A stretch of 63,271 nt of DNA, filler included, from Porpidia crustulata (GCA_964255105.1; 9 parts of 9 records of this genome joined end to end with filler, not necessarily neighbours in it), one strand, 5' to 3'; counted from the first letter of the whole stretch, positions 12,381 to 23,598 are shown. A program made the numbers and translations. Notes: generated by a model not told the origin, from the letters alone.

Positions 12381-13571
12381 TCAGGAGAATTGAAGCACCC
12401 TATATCTGACAAGCTGCATGATTCTTTCCTGGTCCCATATCGCATATCCACGCATCCGTCGCGCTCTGTTAATCATCTTCCCGTAATCCCAGTTATCGGT
12501 TGCCTGAATCATCACCCATCCCGCATTGGGACTTGCCTGAACCTCGTCTCCGAGGAAATGCATGCCATCGGGGTCTGGTCCTCGAGCCGCATACGAACCA
12601 TCTCCTTCTCGGGGCCAGATGGCGAATTGGGGTTTCCGGGAACTATTCAGCAGCATTTCAAGGTAGGCCGAATCCCTAGCGATAAGGTGATGCATATACC
12701 ATTGCGAATCCATTGTGGCAATGCTGACGAATTCATGGAGGAAACAGGGCCCGCGGTTGAGGTAGTATTCGCTGAGGGATCCGGTGACCTTGTTCCAGGA
12801 GGTAACATCAAATCTGCCGACGCTTTTAATACTCACAGATTTTTTGCGATACCTTTCCTCCGCAATCAGCGTCCAGTACCTCTCGAATGCGTAATTGATC
12901 ACGGACGTGATTTCCTCGATTTCCCACGAGCGAAACGACATCAAGAAAAGCCCATCCATCGGTGCCTGTGATCTGGCATTCAAGCTGTTGTTATGACTGT
13001 TAGGGGGGTCGACGCCGAACAGGTTAAAATAAATCTGCCAGCGGTAAAACACTCGCCGTAAGCGTCGTCTTTCGGTCAGTAAGAGCTCGAAAACCTTGGC
13101 AGGAATTTCCTTTTCTCCGTATTCTGTCCACCTGACAACAGCCGAATGATAGAAGTCATTGCTTAGAAAGTCCACCATGTGTTCTAGGCCTAGTAATTTG
13201 ATGCAGTCGCCCACAGAGAGCTTTTGCTTCTCTTTATCATTGAATTCACCATTCTTGTACTGATTCAAAAATTGAAGAATACCCCTGGAATTGGCTGTGG
13301 ATTTGCCAGGGCATAATGAAGCCGAGCGGATCGCGGCAATGGGATCCATGAGGTCTCTCCCATTTTTGGTGATCTAATTGCAAAGAACATGGAATAGAGT
13401 CTCTGCGTGATAGACACGGTATGTTCCATGGAAGGAGGGTGAAGCATGGACTAGAGCGCTCAAAGAAGAGACTTCGGGCATCATGTCAAGGATGAGACGT
13501 CGGATTTCAGGAGGTAAATCCTCGATGGGCGATTGTGCAAACTTGCACGGATTCAGCGTTCTGAGTGCCAT
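12381..13571 (-). pseudogene. F-box-like N-terminal domain hypothetical protein interrupted by one in-frame TAG
   Basis: ORFs 13374-13571 (IEDLPPEIRRLILDMMPEVSSLSALVHASP, F-box-like) and 12381-13349 are in the same frame. They are separated only by TAG at 13374-13376 and eight sense codons (LCN*ITKNGRDLMDPIAAIRS). Confidence 0.65.
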
Positions 13572-14005
13572 ATTATTGCTGCTTTGATTGTATCGATCGG
13601 GTTAAAAAGAAGGGAAGTTGGAAGGACTCAGCTATCGTGGATTGCTGAATATTCAAAGAGAGGTTGCACGCTTTTAAGAAGACATTTAGCCACGGGATGC
13701 GGACGGAGACAAAATATAATGAAGGAGAGCATATTTATATGAATGAAAAATTGCACACGACCAAGTGTTGAGTGAGTGATTGATGCCGATTTTGTGAAGA
13801 GAATCTGCGACCCGTGAAATTCTACATAGACTATTCAGGTAGTTGCAGGAGTATTTCGATAGTTATCCTCCAGTAAGAGCAGACTCGTGCATAGTATGAA
13901 GGAGCTTCGATTAGTACGAGTCAAGGTCAACCAATGGAGCTGATTGCGCCATTACGAATATATACCCAAACGGAACGTTTCCGCCCTCCACCCACAGTAT
14001 CACAC

Positions 14006-14105
14006 NNNNNNNNNNNNNNNNNNNNNNNNNNNNNNNNNNNNNNNNNNNNTTAATTAATTAANNNNNNNNNNNNNNNNNNNNNNNNNNNNNNNNNNNNNNN
14101 NNNNN
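14006..14105. other. Artificial contig spacer
   Basis: 44 N + TTAATTAATTAA + 44 N. Confidence 0.99.
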
Positions 14106-14149
14106 TCTGGCGGGTGAGCGTCGCCGCCCAGGAACGATTACTATGACAT

Positions 14150-14526
14150 TTGAACAGCAAACTGAGGCTACATCATCTACGGACGATATACTGGATCAAT
14201 ATCTTCGCAGAACAGCTACATCCAATAGCGACAGTTTTGATGCGTTTGTGACGGGGCAGATTATCGAATTTGGTCATGGTATGGGGGGTAGTCATCTACA
14301 GCTGGCTTAGGGATAATTGTAGTCCATCAGTTCAAGAGCATGCCTTTGAACTACTATCAATTCCGGCGATGTCTGCGGAGGTTGAACATGTCTTTAGTAG
14401 CACTAAGCTGCCAGTCACTCTACGGTGGAACTCGATGTCAGAGGAAAGGATTGAATACCTTGAACTACTGAAGTATAGGTGGAGGAACAAATACTCGTAT
14501 CCACCCCTCGTTCGATTACACCCCTA
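14150..14526 (+). mobile_element. hAT DNA transposon remnant (transposase C-terminal dimerization domain plus right end)
   Basis: HAFELLSIPAMSAEVEHVFSSTKL...SMSEERIEYLELLKYRW matches the hAT dimerization motif (LSIPAxSAxxERxFS). It is followed by ...CACCCCTA (reverse complement TAGGGGTG, a hAT-like terminus) and the 8-mer GTTCGAAC, which fits the nTnnnnAn hAT target pattern. The left boundary is not visible. Confidence 0.75.
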
Positions 14527-14612
14527 GTTCGAACATCGCACCTAGGGTTAGGGCTGTGGAAAACTTGGGCACTAGCTAGGGGTGTAATCAAACGAGGGGT
14601 GGATATGAGTAT
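14491..14612. repeat. 36-bp inverted repeat (arms 14491-14526 and 14577-14612, 50-nt spacer)
   Basis: atactcgtatccacccctcgttcgattacaccccta versus the reverse complement of the right arm, atactcatatccacccctcgtttgattacaccccta: 34/36 identical, and both differences are transitions at CpG. Confidence 0.92.
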
Positions 14613-14853
14613 CTTAGTTTAGGAGTGGCACCAAAGAATTGCAGGGGCTGTGTGCGATAGTGCTGTTGTCAGCGGCGCTAAGATCTTTCCCGGACGACGA
14701 TATATGCCAAACCGAGGGAGCCTACTGAGCTCTCCAGGTTTGAATTCTATGTGAATAGATATTCCTAGAATAGGATCCATAAGATCTGTTGCAACGAGAA
14801 TCTTACGAGTTCACCTCCGAACTCCGCTCTAGTCGAGCGAACTGACAGCTATT

Positions 14854-16488
14854 GTGCCACGCCTCTGGTGCTGGCACGTGAGCACCCTGATCGTGACCCC
14901 TGGACTGGATCTTGCGCCTAAGAGAACCCGAGAAAGTGCTTCCAGAGTTCGAACTGGATGCAGCACTTGCAAAGCTCGTCGAGTGCAATGCGATGAAGCA
15001 AAGCCTGTCTGTCGACGTTGCGCCGTTAACGGTCGAACATGCGTGTACAACACCGCACGTACATCACCAGCACGTCGAAATGTGATCACGGTATATCTGC
15101 CTCCTATGCTAAGTCAACCGGCATTCTTCGTAAATGACCGCTGCCTCGACTTCTTCCACCAGGATCTTGCTGGGAAATTGGACGGACAATTCGATTCAAA
15201 GTTCTGGAGCAAGCTTGTATTGCAACTATCACACTCCGAACCATCGATTCGACATGCCGTATCAGCTATCAGCGTCATTTATCAAGACGTCGAATCGTCT
15301 TTACGGTATCCGGCAGGCTATGTCACTGCCAACCCCGAGGGTCAACAGGAGTGGAATACAGCAATCAAAAGCCTATCAGCTCGAATGAAAGCGCATCCCA
15401 ACTCGAACTTGGTACCTTTGGTCTGCTGCCTTCTGTTCACGTGTATCGAGTTCCTCAGGGGCAATGTTGAATCTTCTATGCTTCACATTCAGAGTGGATC
15501 CAATATTCTAGCTGCGCTCCGTTGCAAAAGCGATGCAGCCCCGGATCTAGGATCCAATCTCTCGTCCAACGATCTTAAAGCCATTGAAGATCATATCGTT
15601 CCGATGTTCTCACGTTTGAACGTACTCTGTTCTCTCGCTGGTAGAACGACTCCGCCAATATACGCTCTTACAGCTAAAGAAGACTCTCCTCAGGAAGACC
15701 TTACCGATTCTAGACAACGGCTCTCCGAGATCTCAGATACCTGCATCCGATTCATCGGCGAAGCCAGTCTGAAGGCAGCTAAGTTCCAAATTGACGTCGA
15801 CGACTTCGTTGAACAGATTAAGCTTCAAACAAGGCTAGACAAATGGCGCGACCAGCTAGTTGAACTTCTTGAACGAATGCAGGCTGCCGGCAACCCGGCG
15901 CAACAGGACGCGGTCAATCTACTTTTGGTGCAATATAAAGTCATTGACATCTGGATGCGAGTCTGTACCATAGCTGGGGAAACGGCCACAGACTTCTACC
16001 ACACCGACTTTGAAGAGCTTGTGCATTAAGCGGAACAGATCGTCAAGCCAGGCGTGGGAATGGCAACACCGCAACCGCTGTCTTTCGACATTCATATCTT
16101 GGGGCCTCTGTACTATGCCGCGCTGAAATGCCGTCATCCCGCAATACGAAGACGCGCGCTGGAAATGCTGCAATCGGCGCCTCGGCGGGAGGGGCTCTGG
16201 AATGCACATCACGCATACGTGACTGCCAAACGAGTGACCGAGCTGAAAGAAGGGCATCTCAACGGGCAAGAATTGCCAGACGAGACTTCGAGACTGCATG
16301 GTCTGGTCCTGCCCGATGATGAGTCACGGATCTATAACCCGGGCGAGATGCCTTTTGAATTTCGGATGTTTGACCGCAGCATCGTGCCCAGCCCGGCTTA
16401 TCCAGACACGCTTAAAGCTGTGTTTCACACAAAGCCCTGGGGGCTATTGGGAGAGTGGCAGACAATCACGGAGTATCTCAGGCTATGA
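14854..16488 (+). pseudogene. Zn2Cys6 transcription factor (fungal-specific TF domain) with an internal in-frame TAA; start uncertain
   Basis: Zinc cluster RTGCSTCKARRVQCDEAKPVCRRCAVNGRTC, and middle region FWSKLVLQLSHSEPSIRHAVSAIS and LVCCLLFTCIEFLRGN. TAA at 16027-16029 is followed in frame by AEQIVKPG...GPLYYAALKCRHPAIRRRALEML...RREGLWN to TGA 16488. There is no in-frame ATG just before the zinc cluster. Confidence 0.8.
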
Positions 16489-16721
16489 TGCGGCGAGTAT
16501 CTGTTATTAGCTGTTCTAGAAGTCGAAAGCGCCATCTATGAGATGCCTCTAGGGTTTTCCAGCCAAGATCTCCGCCGTCAATACAGTGACCAAGAACGCC
16601 TGCTAAACCTAATTGTATTGCTGATCAAGCTAATACTTATTCGTCGCCAAGTTCCAAAAGCACCGTAAGAAAATCTAATCCGAGATTCGACACTCGCACT
16701 TTCACCCTCAGCCAAATGACT

Positions 16722-17749
16722 TCAAGGCTTATACCTCTGTTGCAAGTGAATATCTCCTATAGACGAGCTGCTCGTGGCCAAAGCAGCCTTTCTGGACTGC
16801 CTGACCGACCAAGCCGCGCTGCTCCACTTGCCACCAAACGCAATAGCAGGGTGCAGGACCGTCATCGCAAGTACCGCCAGGAAAATCATCGGCCCCTCCA
16901 AGATCATAAAAGACACCTCGTTATTGGCAATGGGCCCATTGAAACCTTGCTGCAGCTCCGCAACACGGTATACCGAACGAGTGAAGATGAGCACAACAGC
17001 CGTGCCGAGCGCATACTGGAACCAAGTGAACTTCTTCGTATCCCTCAGCTCGACGAAGCGTACGTCCTTGGCGCTCTCACTAGTTCTGCGGAGGCGAAAT
17101 ATGAATTCCAACCACAATCCCATGAAGAAGAGCAGCGAGACGACTTGAAACACAACACCAGCGACCATGATGGCCCTTCCTGTCTCGGTCTTGGAGTGAT
17201 TATCGGCTGTGGCTGCGAGCCCGCCGCCGGCGCCCTGAAGGACGAGCGAGATGAAGTCGCTTGTCATGAAGGTGATTGCGTAGATGCGCGGGCTGAAGCG
17301 GGAGATTTGCTGGCCGTAGACGATGATTATGCGGGAGAGGCAGAGGTAGAGGGCGCCGGTGAGGAAGGCGGGGGCGACTGTTAGGGGGACGAGATAGCTA
17401 TGAGGGTTGTCAGAACTCTGTTCTCGGATTTGGATGGGATGCAAGATTGAGGAGGGAAAGAGAAGGCTTACATGATAAAATTGTTGAAGTCAAATGGGTT
17501 GTCATGCAGCATGATTCTGCCGGCATATCCAACAACCTCAAGAATGAGACCACAGATCATGCCAACCATGAATCCCCAAGTCTTGTACTTAATGCCGAGC
17601 CCGAGCTGCGCGACCAGAAGCAGGCCAAAAGCAGCGGCATAGACGGCACTGCCAGCAAGCGTGGGTAGATGTTCCACCTGAGCGCAGCTGAGGGGACATC
17701 TTCCCACGGTACAGTTTTCAATACTTTGGAGAGGACAAGTGTCTGGCAT
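16722..17749 (-). CDS. RTA1/Rsb1-family lipid-translocating membrane protein
   Basis: ATG 17749, intron 17398-17471. Motifs LEVVGYAGRIMLHDNPF, LTVAPAFLTGALYLCLSRII, YAITFMTSDFISLVLQGAGGG and RSVYRVAELQQGF...NNEVSFMILEG. Confidence 0.92.
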
Positions 17750-18596
17750 CTTGGCCGTAGAGTCAAAAAGATGAGAGTTGAAATTGGAGAGCGAGGAAGA
17801 AGAAAAGCACGATTGATTTGATGATTTGATCTGGGCCCATCTCCATGAAGCATTCCCGCCTATAAATACATTCTCTCCACCACCCTCTTCGCAGCCTTAA
17901 CATCGACTCTCAGGATCTGCATGCCTTCGCAATTCACGACTTCGGTCCAAAAGGGGCCAGATGACTACGAAAAAGCCGTGCAGCCAGCGTGTCAGCCTGA
18001 ATCTCGAGACCCGCATACCATGATTCGCCCATTTCAGCAGGAACTCGAAGTTCGCATGCTGAAAGCTCCACTCAACTGCGACACTACGAAGCTACGAGGC
18101 TTGAAGGACCGCGCGGCGAGCAGGTAAGGAGGGAAGCGTTGACCCGTTGCGCGTCGACACCCTAAGGTACCTAGCCGAGAGTAGGTAAGCCTGTGGCGAC
18201 GACTCTTGATTGGCGCATGGACGAGCATCTCGTAGTCGCCTAACCAAAACCCATCTAGCAAGCGTCTAACCAGAAAAGGGTGTATATTGAACTACCACAC
18301 ATTTTGAGGCAGCCGTCCATCCATGAACTCATCAGGTCAGTCTGATTGGTGCCGTTTCTACCAATGAACTGGAGTCTCGCACAGTCATCTTAGAATTCTG
18401 TTGCCTTGCCTTCGCACGTGGGGTTGTCGGCGTTCGTTGGCAAAACTGGGATTATTTGCGCTATACAGCACTAGGCATCATTTCTCAGGAATTTAGTTGC
18501 ACGAAAGACGGCCGTGTCGTCTTTTAACAGTAATTTTAGGCTCCGCAGCATTCTCTTCGCTAAACGACAACGTCGGTCAGGGCATCGCTGCACATC

Positions 18597-19186
18597 ATGG
18601 CCGTGAAGATAGCGGCGAATAGAACGGTTGATATTGCCCTGCGAGCGCTGCAGCTTATCTTCGCCATCATCGTCATGGGAACAGACGGCTACGGTATGGA
18701 GTATTAATGTCTCCGACTCTGTCGACGCACCGTTGAGTCTGACCCCATCGCCTAGCTATCCATGTGTTTCGCGGCCACACCGTCTACGAACACTTCAAGT
18801 TCGGCGACTTCTACGATTACTACGGCGTCCCTGATGCATGGGGCTTCTTACTGTTTTGTGCGGCGTGGACATTTCTTGGCGTCATCTTCCTCCTCATTAC
18901 TGGAATCGGCTTCGCGGATCATGCGTTGATTGGTTACATTCGTGTCGCCGTCGAGGCTGTGGCTTTCCTCTCATGGCTTGCTGGTTTCATTGCTGTGGCT
19001 GTTAACATAGGGAGCAATGCATGTCCGGCAGAAGAGAGCCACTGTGGGTCGCTCAAAGCGGCGACAGTCTTTGGGGCGCTGGAATGGCTGCTATCCGTGG
19101 TTACCACAATTCTGACTATTAAGCTCGTCTTCAACAGCACTCGCCGAGCAAGGACTTTTACAACTAGGCCCGCTATACCTATTTGA
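18597..19186 (+). CDS. MARVEL (membrane-associating) domain four-TM protein
   Basis: ATG 18597 (MAVKIAANRTVDIALRALQLIFAIIVMGTDGY), intron 18694-18755. Then WGFLLFCAAWT, VEAVAFLSWLAGFIAVA and CGSLKAATVFGALEWLL. Confidence 0.88.
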
Positions 19187-19769
19187 TCAGCGGCATAGGA
19201 CGCCAGTGGAAATCAGAACCATCCGACACGCTACAGACCGTTGAAAGTATCGCCATCGTCTTTTGAGAAAAGCATTTTACAATGGGATATGCTTGAGTGA
19301 TACATCCTCAAACGATTACAGGACTGGCAAAGGAGCCAGATGTTGATACCTCTGCTTTGAATTATGATAGAATACCTAATGTTCAAATAAATAGATCGCT
19401 ATCGAAAGCAGGATGACGAATGACTTCTGATTGAAATCAGGTGTATGTGACCACGTTTGTCGACATCTCGGATAAACACGAATCCCCCGGTATCGGCAGG
19501 CCAAATCGGAGTTATTGGGAGCTTCTAGCTATCTTAACTCCTACCCCCACACCCTAATTGATCCGCTTCTAGGCATCCGAATTCGGACGAATGAAGATTC
19601 GCTCATCTGGCATGATCCTACCTGGAGGATGATGCCGCATCTGCATGTCCCCTCCATGAGACAAAGATACATGGGATCGTCCATTTCGCTGATCTCGTGG
19701 TTGATCCACTGGCTCGACCTCTTCATTCGGAACTGCTGCAGACATTGCAGACACCGACACATTTTCCGA

Positions 19770-20757
19770 GGAGCTTGCTCTATTCTTGATCCGACGTTGC
19801 ACGAGCTTTATAATAACCTCTGTAGAGCCGTCAGGAAGAGGGAAAAGATAGACGTGGGACATCCTGGCTCATTGTCAGCCCCTGGATTGAGCGCCTCGAG
19901 GTGCAGCGGCGGTAAGGGTACCGTCTTACCTTCTACGTCAACCCCTCCAAAACCAGCCTGTCTATTCTGTCCGTCTTTTCCCTTTACCTCTGCCTTGCCG
20001 TTATGAGGGAAAGCTCCAATACGCGCTCCTGAAAAACATCGGCTAGAAGTAGGAACGTTATCTGGTCTCTCATAACTTCGTGGATGAATATGGAGTCATC
20101 CTCTGTCCACGGGGAGACGAGAACGTTCACAAGATCAACCACATCAAATAAGCGCTTCCCTCGCTTTTTAGTCGTCGTATAGCCCTCTTTGAGTAGCGCG
20201 TTGCGAACCCACTGTTGGTGAGCCGATCAGCATAACAGCCCTTGAAGTGTCCCGTATTCCGACAACACTCACAAAATAGACCTCGTTTTCTTAATTCATC
20301 GCTGACCACTGCCCCGGCGATCCGCTGGAAGCCGGCGAAAATTTCTTCAGACTGTTTTTGATCGACTTAAAGTTGGGCACCTCGGCGAGCCGGCCAGGAC
20401 GGGACTTGCAATACCATCGGGCGAAGTCTTTGATGAGAACATTGCTAGGGGTCGGGCAGTTCTTCTGTAGACACTCCGAGGTAGGAATGCCCCTTGTCGA
20501 CCGGAAACCGAATAAATCTGATCAGCATTTCTTAGGATGACCAGGGAAACAGAAACCCTTCAGTACCCCCCGTCGTCGGATTCGAGCACCCACATTATCC
20601 ATTGATCCCGCGCCTCCCGCTATTTCCGTTTGCATCTCTTCCTAGCTTCGTCCTTCCTTTGCTGTATGCCGTCCTCCTCTTCACGGACCCCCGGGGCACC
20701 CAGCCGTTCTCCTCCGCCGTTCGCCGGTAATCCTCCGCGGTAACGTTTTCGACCCAT
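19770..20757 (-). pseudogene. Degraded DUF3435-type tyrosine recombinase (Starship 'captain'-like), N-terminal half only
   Basis: Manual reconstruction across introns (~20518-20593, 20212-20272, ~19864-19929) and frameshifts: MGRKR/TAEDYRRTAEENGWVP/..KRK*REARDQW..IKDFARWYCKSRPGRLAEVPNFKSIKNSLKKF/AGFQRIAG..EVYF|WVRNALLKEG..KRGKRLFDVVDL..WTEDDSIFIHEVMRDQITFLLLA/CFSGARIGAF..EGLT*K|DV/HVYLFPLPDGSTEVIIKLVQRRIKN. Similarity to DUF3435 captains is recognised from memory of the family, not from a search. Confidence 0.78.
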
Positions 20758-21054
20758 CCGAAGGAGGCGAAGAAACCAGTGAGGGCAAGGGCAATAAGAA
20801 AGAGAGAAAAAGAGAAAGAAAGAATATAAGACGAATGCAATTGAACACCGACAACGAAACCATATCTTCGAACCACAAACATCACGCGTGCCGTGCACCG
20901 CCCGAAACACCCGACACCGCCGCGCCGGGAGTCCCCCATTTTTCGACTCGCCGGCCAAGGGGAGACTCCGAAATTGGACCCGCGCGGTTGCGTTGATTGG
21001 TTCGAGCGGATGGCGGTTGGTGAGGGTTGGTGAAGGGGGAAGGGAAGGGGGCCG

Positions 21055-21154
21055 NNNNNNNNNNNNNNNNNNNNNNNNNNNNNNNNNNNNNNNNNNNNTT
21101 AATTAATTAANNNNNNNNNNNNNNNNNNNNNNNNNNNNNNNNNNNNNNNNNNNN
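21055..21154. other. Artificial contig spacer
   Basis: 44 N + TTAATTAATTAA + 44 N. Confidence 0.99.
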
Positions 21155-21351
21155 GTGGTCGGGGGGGTTTTGCGTTTCGATGGATTGTTTTTCGGTTTTG
21201 CCTGTGGGTGCTGATCCTGAGTTGAGGCACGCGTGATACGTTTCGAGGGCGAAGGTGTCGGGCTTTCGACGTGTTTGAATTGCTGCAGGACGCCATTGAA
21301 GCTTGCTGGTAGTGGCGAATGCTCCTCGGTTTCTGCCTGGCTGTCGGACAT
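21155..21351 (-). CDS. 5' end of a gene cut by the contig edge; low-complexity N-terminus, possibly a mismatch-specific thymine/uracil DNA glycosylase
   Basis: ATG 21351, MSDSQAETEEHSPLPASFNGVLQQFKH...SPSKRITRAST...PSKRKTPPT, open to the edge. The product guess rests only on a weak N-terminal resemblance. Confidence 0.3.
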
Positions 21352-22531
21352 CTGCAGCGCTACGTGGTCTGCAAACAGAAGCTGTCAAGCGGTTCTACGA
21401 ATTGAGGATCAAGCTCAGAGCAGCTTGAAGATTTGAGAGACCTGGCCTTGTGTATATCATGGATCTTTAGCTCATTGTTTTCTCATGGGTTCTCTCATGA
21501 TGGACTTGTAAATTATCTTATATAACTTTCGAACAGTAGTAACAGGAATAATTGATGCACGCGTAGATCATCATGTAATACTGCTATTCACGCATGATGT
21601 TCAAAGATGAACGATTGACAAATTTTAGATATCATTACGAGTTGAGTCAAGTCAAATCACCGAGTGATGCCCCAAAGCCGAAGCGGCTCACTTGATGTCG
21701 TTAGGGTTAGGGTCTGCTGATGGTCCAGAAAGCAAGGCCAAGAGGACAAGAAGGAGCCTATTCATATGACTTGTACAAGACTGCAAGCATTCAAGAATTC
21801 GCAATCGGAAACTACGTAGAATAATCCTAACACAATCATTCTCTTCTCTATTGTCCGAAGCTTCCTCTACCTCTGGTCATAAGTTTGTCCAATTCATGAG
21901 AATGACATTCCAATTCACCTCGACGGCTTTCCCACCAAATTCGAGCTGCAGATCCGACCTTGTACTCTTCCTGCTCATGGAAATCTTGCGGTAATGATGG
22001 GATGGACTTCCGCTCGAGTCGCGATTTCGTCCATCATCCTTTCGAGGGCTATTCGCTCTCCGTGGTCTCTTATCAATGACCCAGAAGAAATAGCCTCGAC
22101 AGTCTTTAAGATTAATCTAAACACAAGGCATTATTAGCCAAATGTCTTCTCTCTCATGCAACTGATATCAAGCATCTAGCAAACGCTTATGGAATTCAGA
22201 GACTGAGAAGATATATGGTGATGTTGGTTGTGTAGACATTGCGCTGGGCGTCACCGAAAACAGTGCGTCATGCTCCTATGGCCCCAACGTGCTCATCACG
22301 TTGTCTGTGCGACAACACGCATTGATGCTACAACTCCTATAGAATGGACCTACCGTCATTTTATCAAGACCCACGGGTAGGCTTCCGGCAAGGCCTCAGG
22401 CTTTAGCAGATTCCCATTCAATCTCTGTATGAGATACACTTCAATTTAGAATGCCTTGATCATGTTTCCAGAGGTGACAACTGTTCAAGGGTCTGCAAAT
22501 CGCAGAATCGAGTTGTTGGAGCACATGCACA

Positions 22532-23598
22532 TCATTCAGGCTAAAACGCAAATTAGCTAGAGTGAACGTTATTTTAATGTGCTTAGTTCTCACCTTGAAC
22601 CTGCCTCTCCTCTCCCTCATCCTCTTGACCCTCTCCTTATCTTCTTCAAATTTCTTCACAAGTTCCCCCGCCCTTGCCTTTCGCTTCTCCCTTGTCTGGA
22701 ACCTATAGAAATCCTCTAAGCCTTTCTGCTTTTGTCTCTGTCTCTCAGCTTGCTCATGTGCTACTCCTTGCCGGGCTGGACCTGTTCTTCCTCCTCTCGT
22801 GACCGTGACAAATCCATCCTCATCGGGCTCTTGCCTCTGTTTTGCCTGTAGTCGCGCTTCGGCAGCCTCTCGGTCTGCGAAGGCTGTCATGTACGTATTC
22901 ACTGATTCGAGGAGCTGAGATTTCTCGGGGTAGCGAAGCGTGTGGTGGGTCAGGTATCCTATTTCGTGTTAACAGTGATGCTCTACTTGCTCAGTCACAT
23001 ACCTAGACGCACTGGCAGAGCCTAAGCCAGGCAACTCTCTCTTCAACCCTTCTCCCCACACTGGCTGTCTCTGCTCCTTCCGTAGCTTCTTTACGGCCTT
23101 GAAGCATGCTTCCATACTGGCTCGATCCACGAATAAAACGACAGCCGTGCGGCCATTTTTCTGTAATTCCCTATCCCACGTAAAAGGTAGCTCCACACCC
23201 TCTAGATCTTCAATTCCTCCGTCCTCATTGGTTCTTTTCCTCTTCCTCCCTTTTGTGTCTTGATGTCGCTTGGCGGGCGCTACCTTGTTAGTAAACGCCT
23301 TTTTCCCTCCATCTTCAAAATGTATATTCTCAATTCTGCCATTTGGAAGGTCTATCTGAGCAGATAGAAGGTGCTTGATATTCAATTCGTTGGAGTCAAA
23401 TGGAACATTCACGAGAAAGAGCGAGCGTTGAGCAGTCGCAGTTGAGATTTTAGGTTGGTGGGGCGTGAGGTATAAAAAGTGTGTCGCTTCGGTAGGGAAG
23501 GACGGCAACGAGGGTAGAGATAATGGAAATATAGTATATCCAGATATATGCAATGGAATTGTTTGTATTGAAGACATAGATCTACTAATCGGAACCAT
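22532..23598 (-). CDS. RRP7: Ribosomal RNA-processing protein 7
   Basis: N-terminal HFLYLTPH..RSLFLVNVPFDS and C-terminal EPDEDGFVTVTRGGR..GLEDFYRFQTREKRK..KFEEDK..FKPE*. Introns 22959-23012 and 22541-22593. Alternative ATG at 23577. Confidence 0.92.

Noticed and set aside
12381..16488. Stop-codon reassignment suggested by in-frame TAG and TAA in two genes
   Set aside because: Conserved genes in the window terminate normally at TAA, TAG and TGA and have no internal stops. Isolated nonsense alleles explain the data better.
16716..17384. 222-aa plus-strand ORF overlapping RTA1, and similar antisense ORFs at 12306-12971, 28372-28719 and 56361-57020
   Set aside because: These are antisense shadows of real coding regions with no recognisable motifs.
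20127..20309. Apparent CCHC zinc-knuckle ORF (CECCRNTGHFKGC) suggesting a retroelement gag
   Set aside because: The Cys/His residues come from translating the captain remnant's intron (GTGAGT...CAG, 20212-20272), and the spacing is not a canonical knuckle.
21701..21712. TTAGGGTTAGGG telomere-like motif (a similar one at about 14543-14553)
   Set aside because: Only two units, internal to contigs, which is insufficient for a telomere call.
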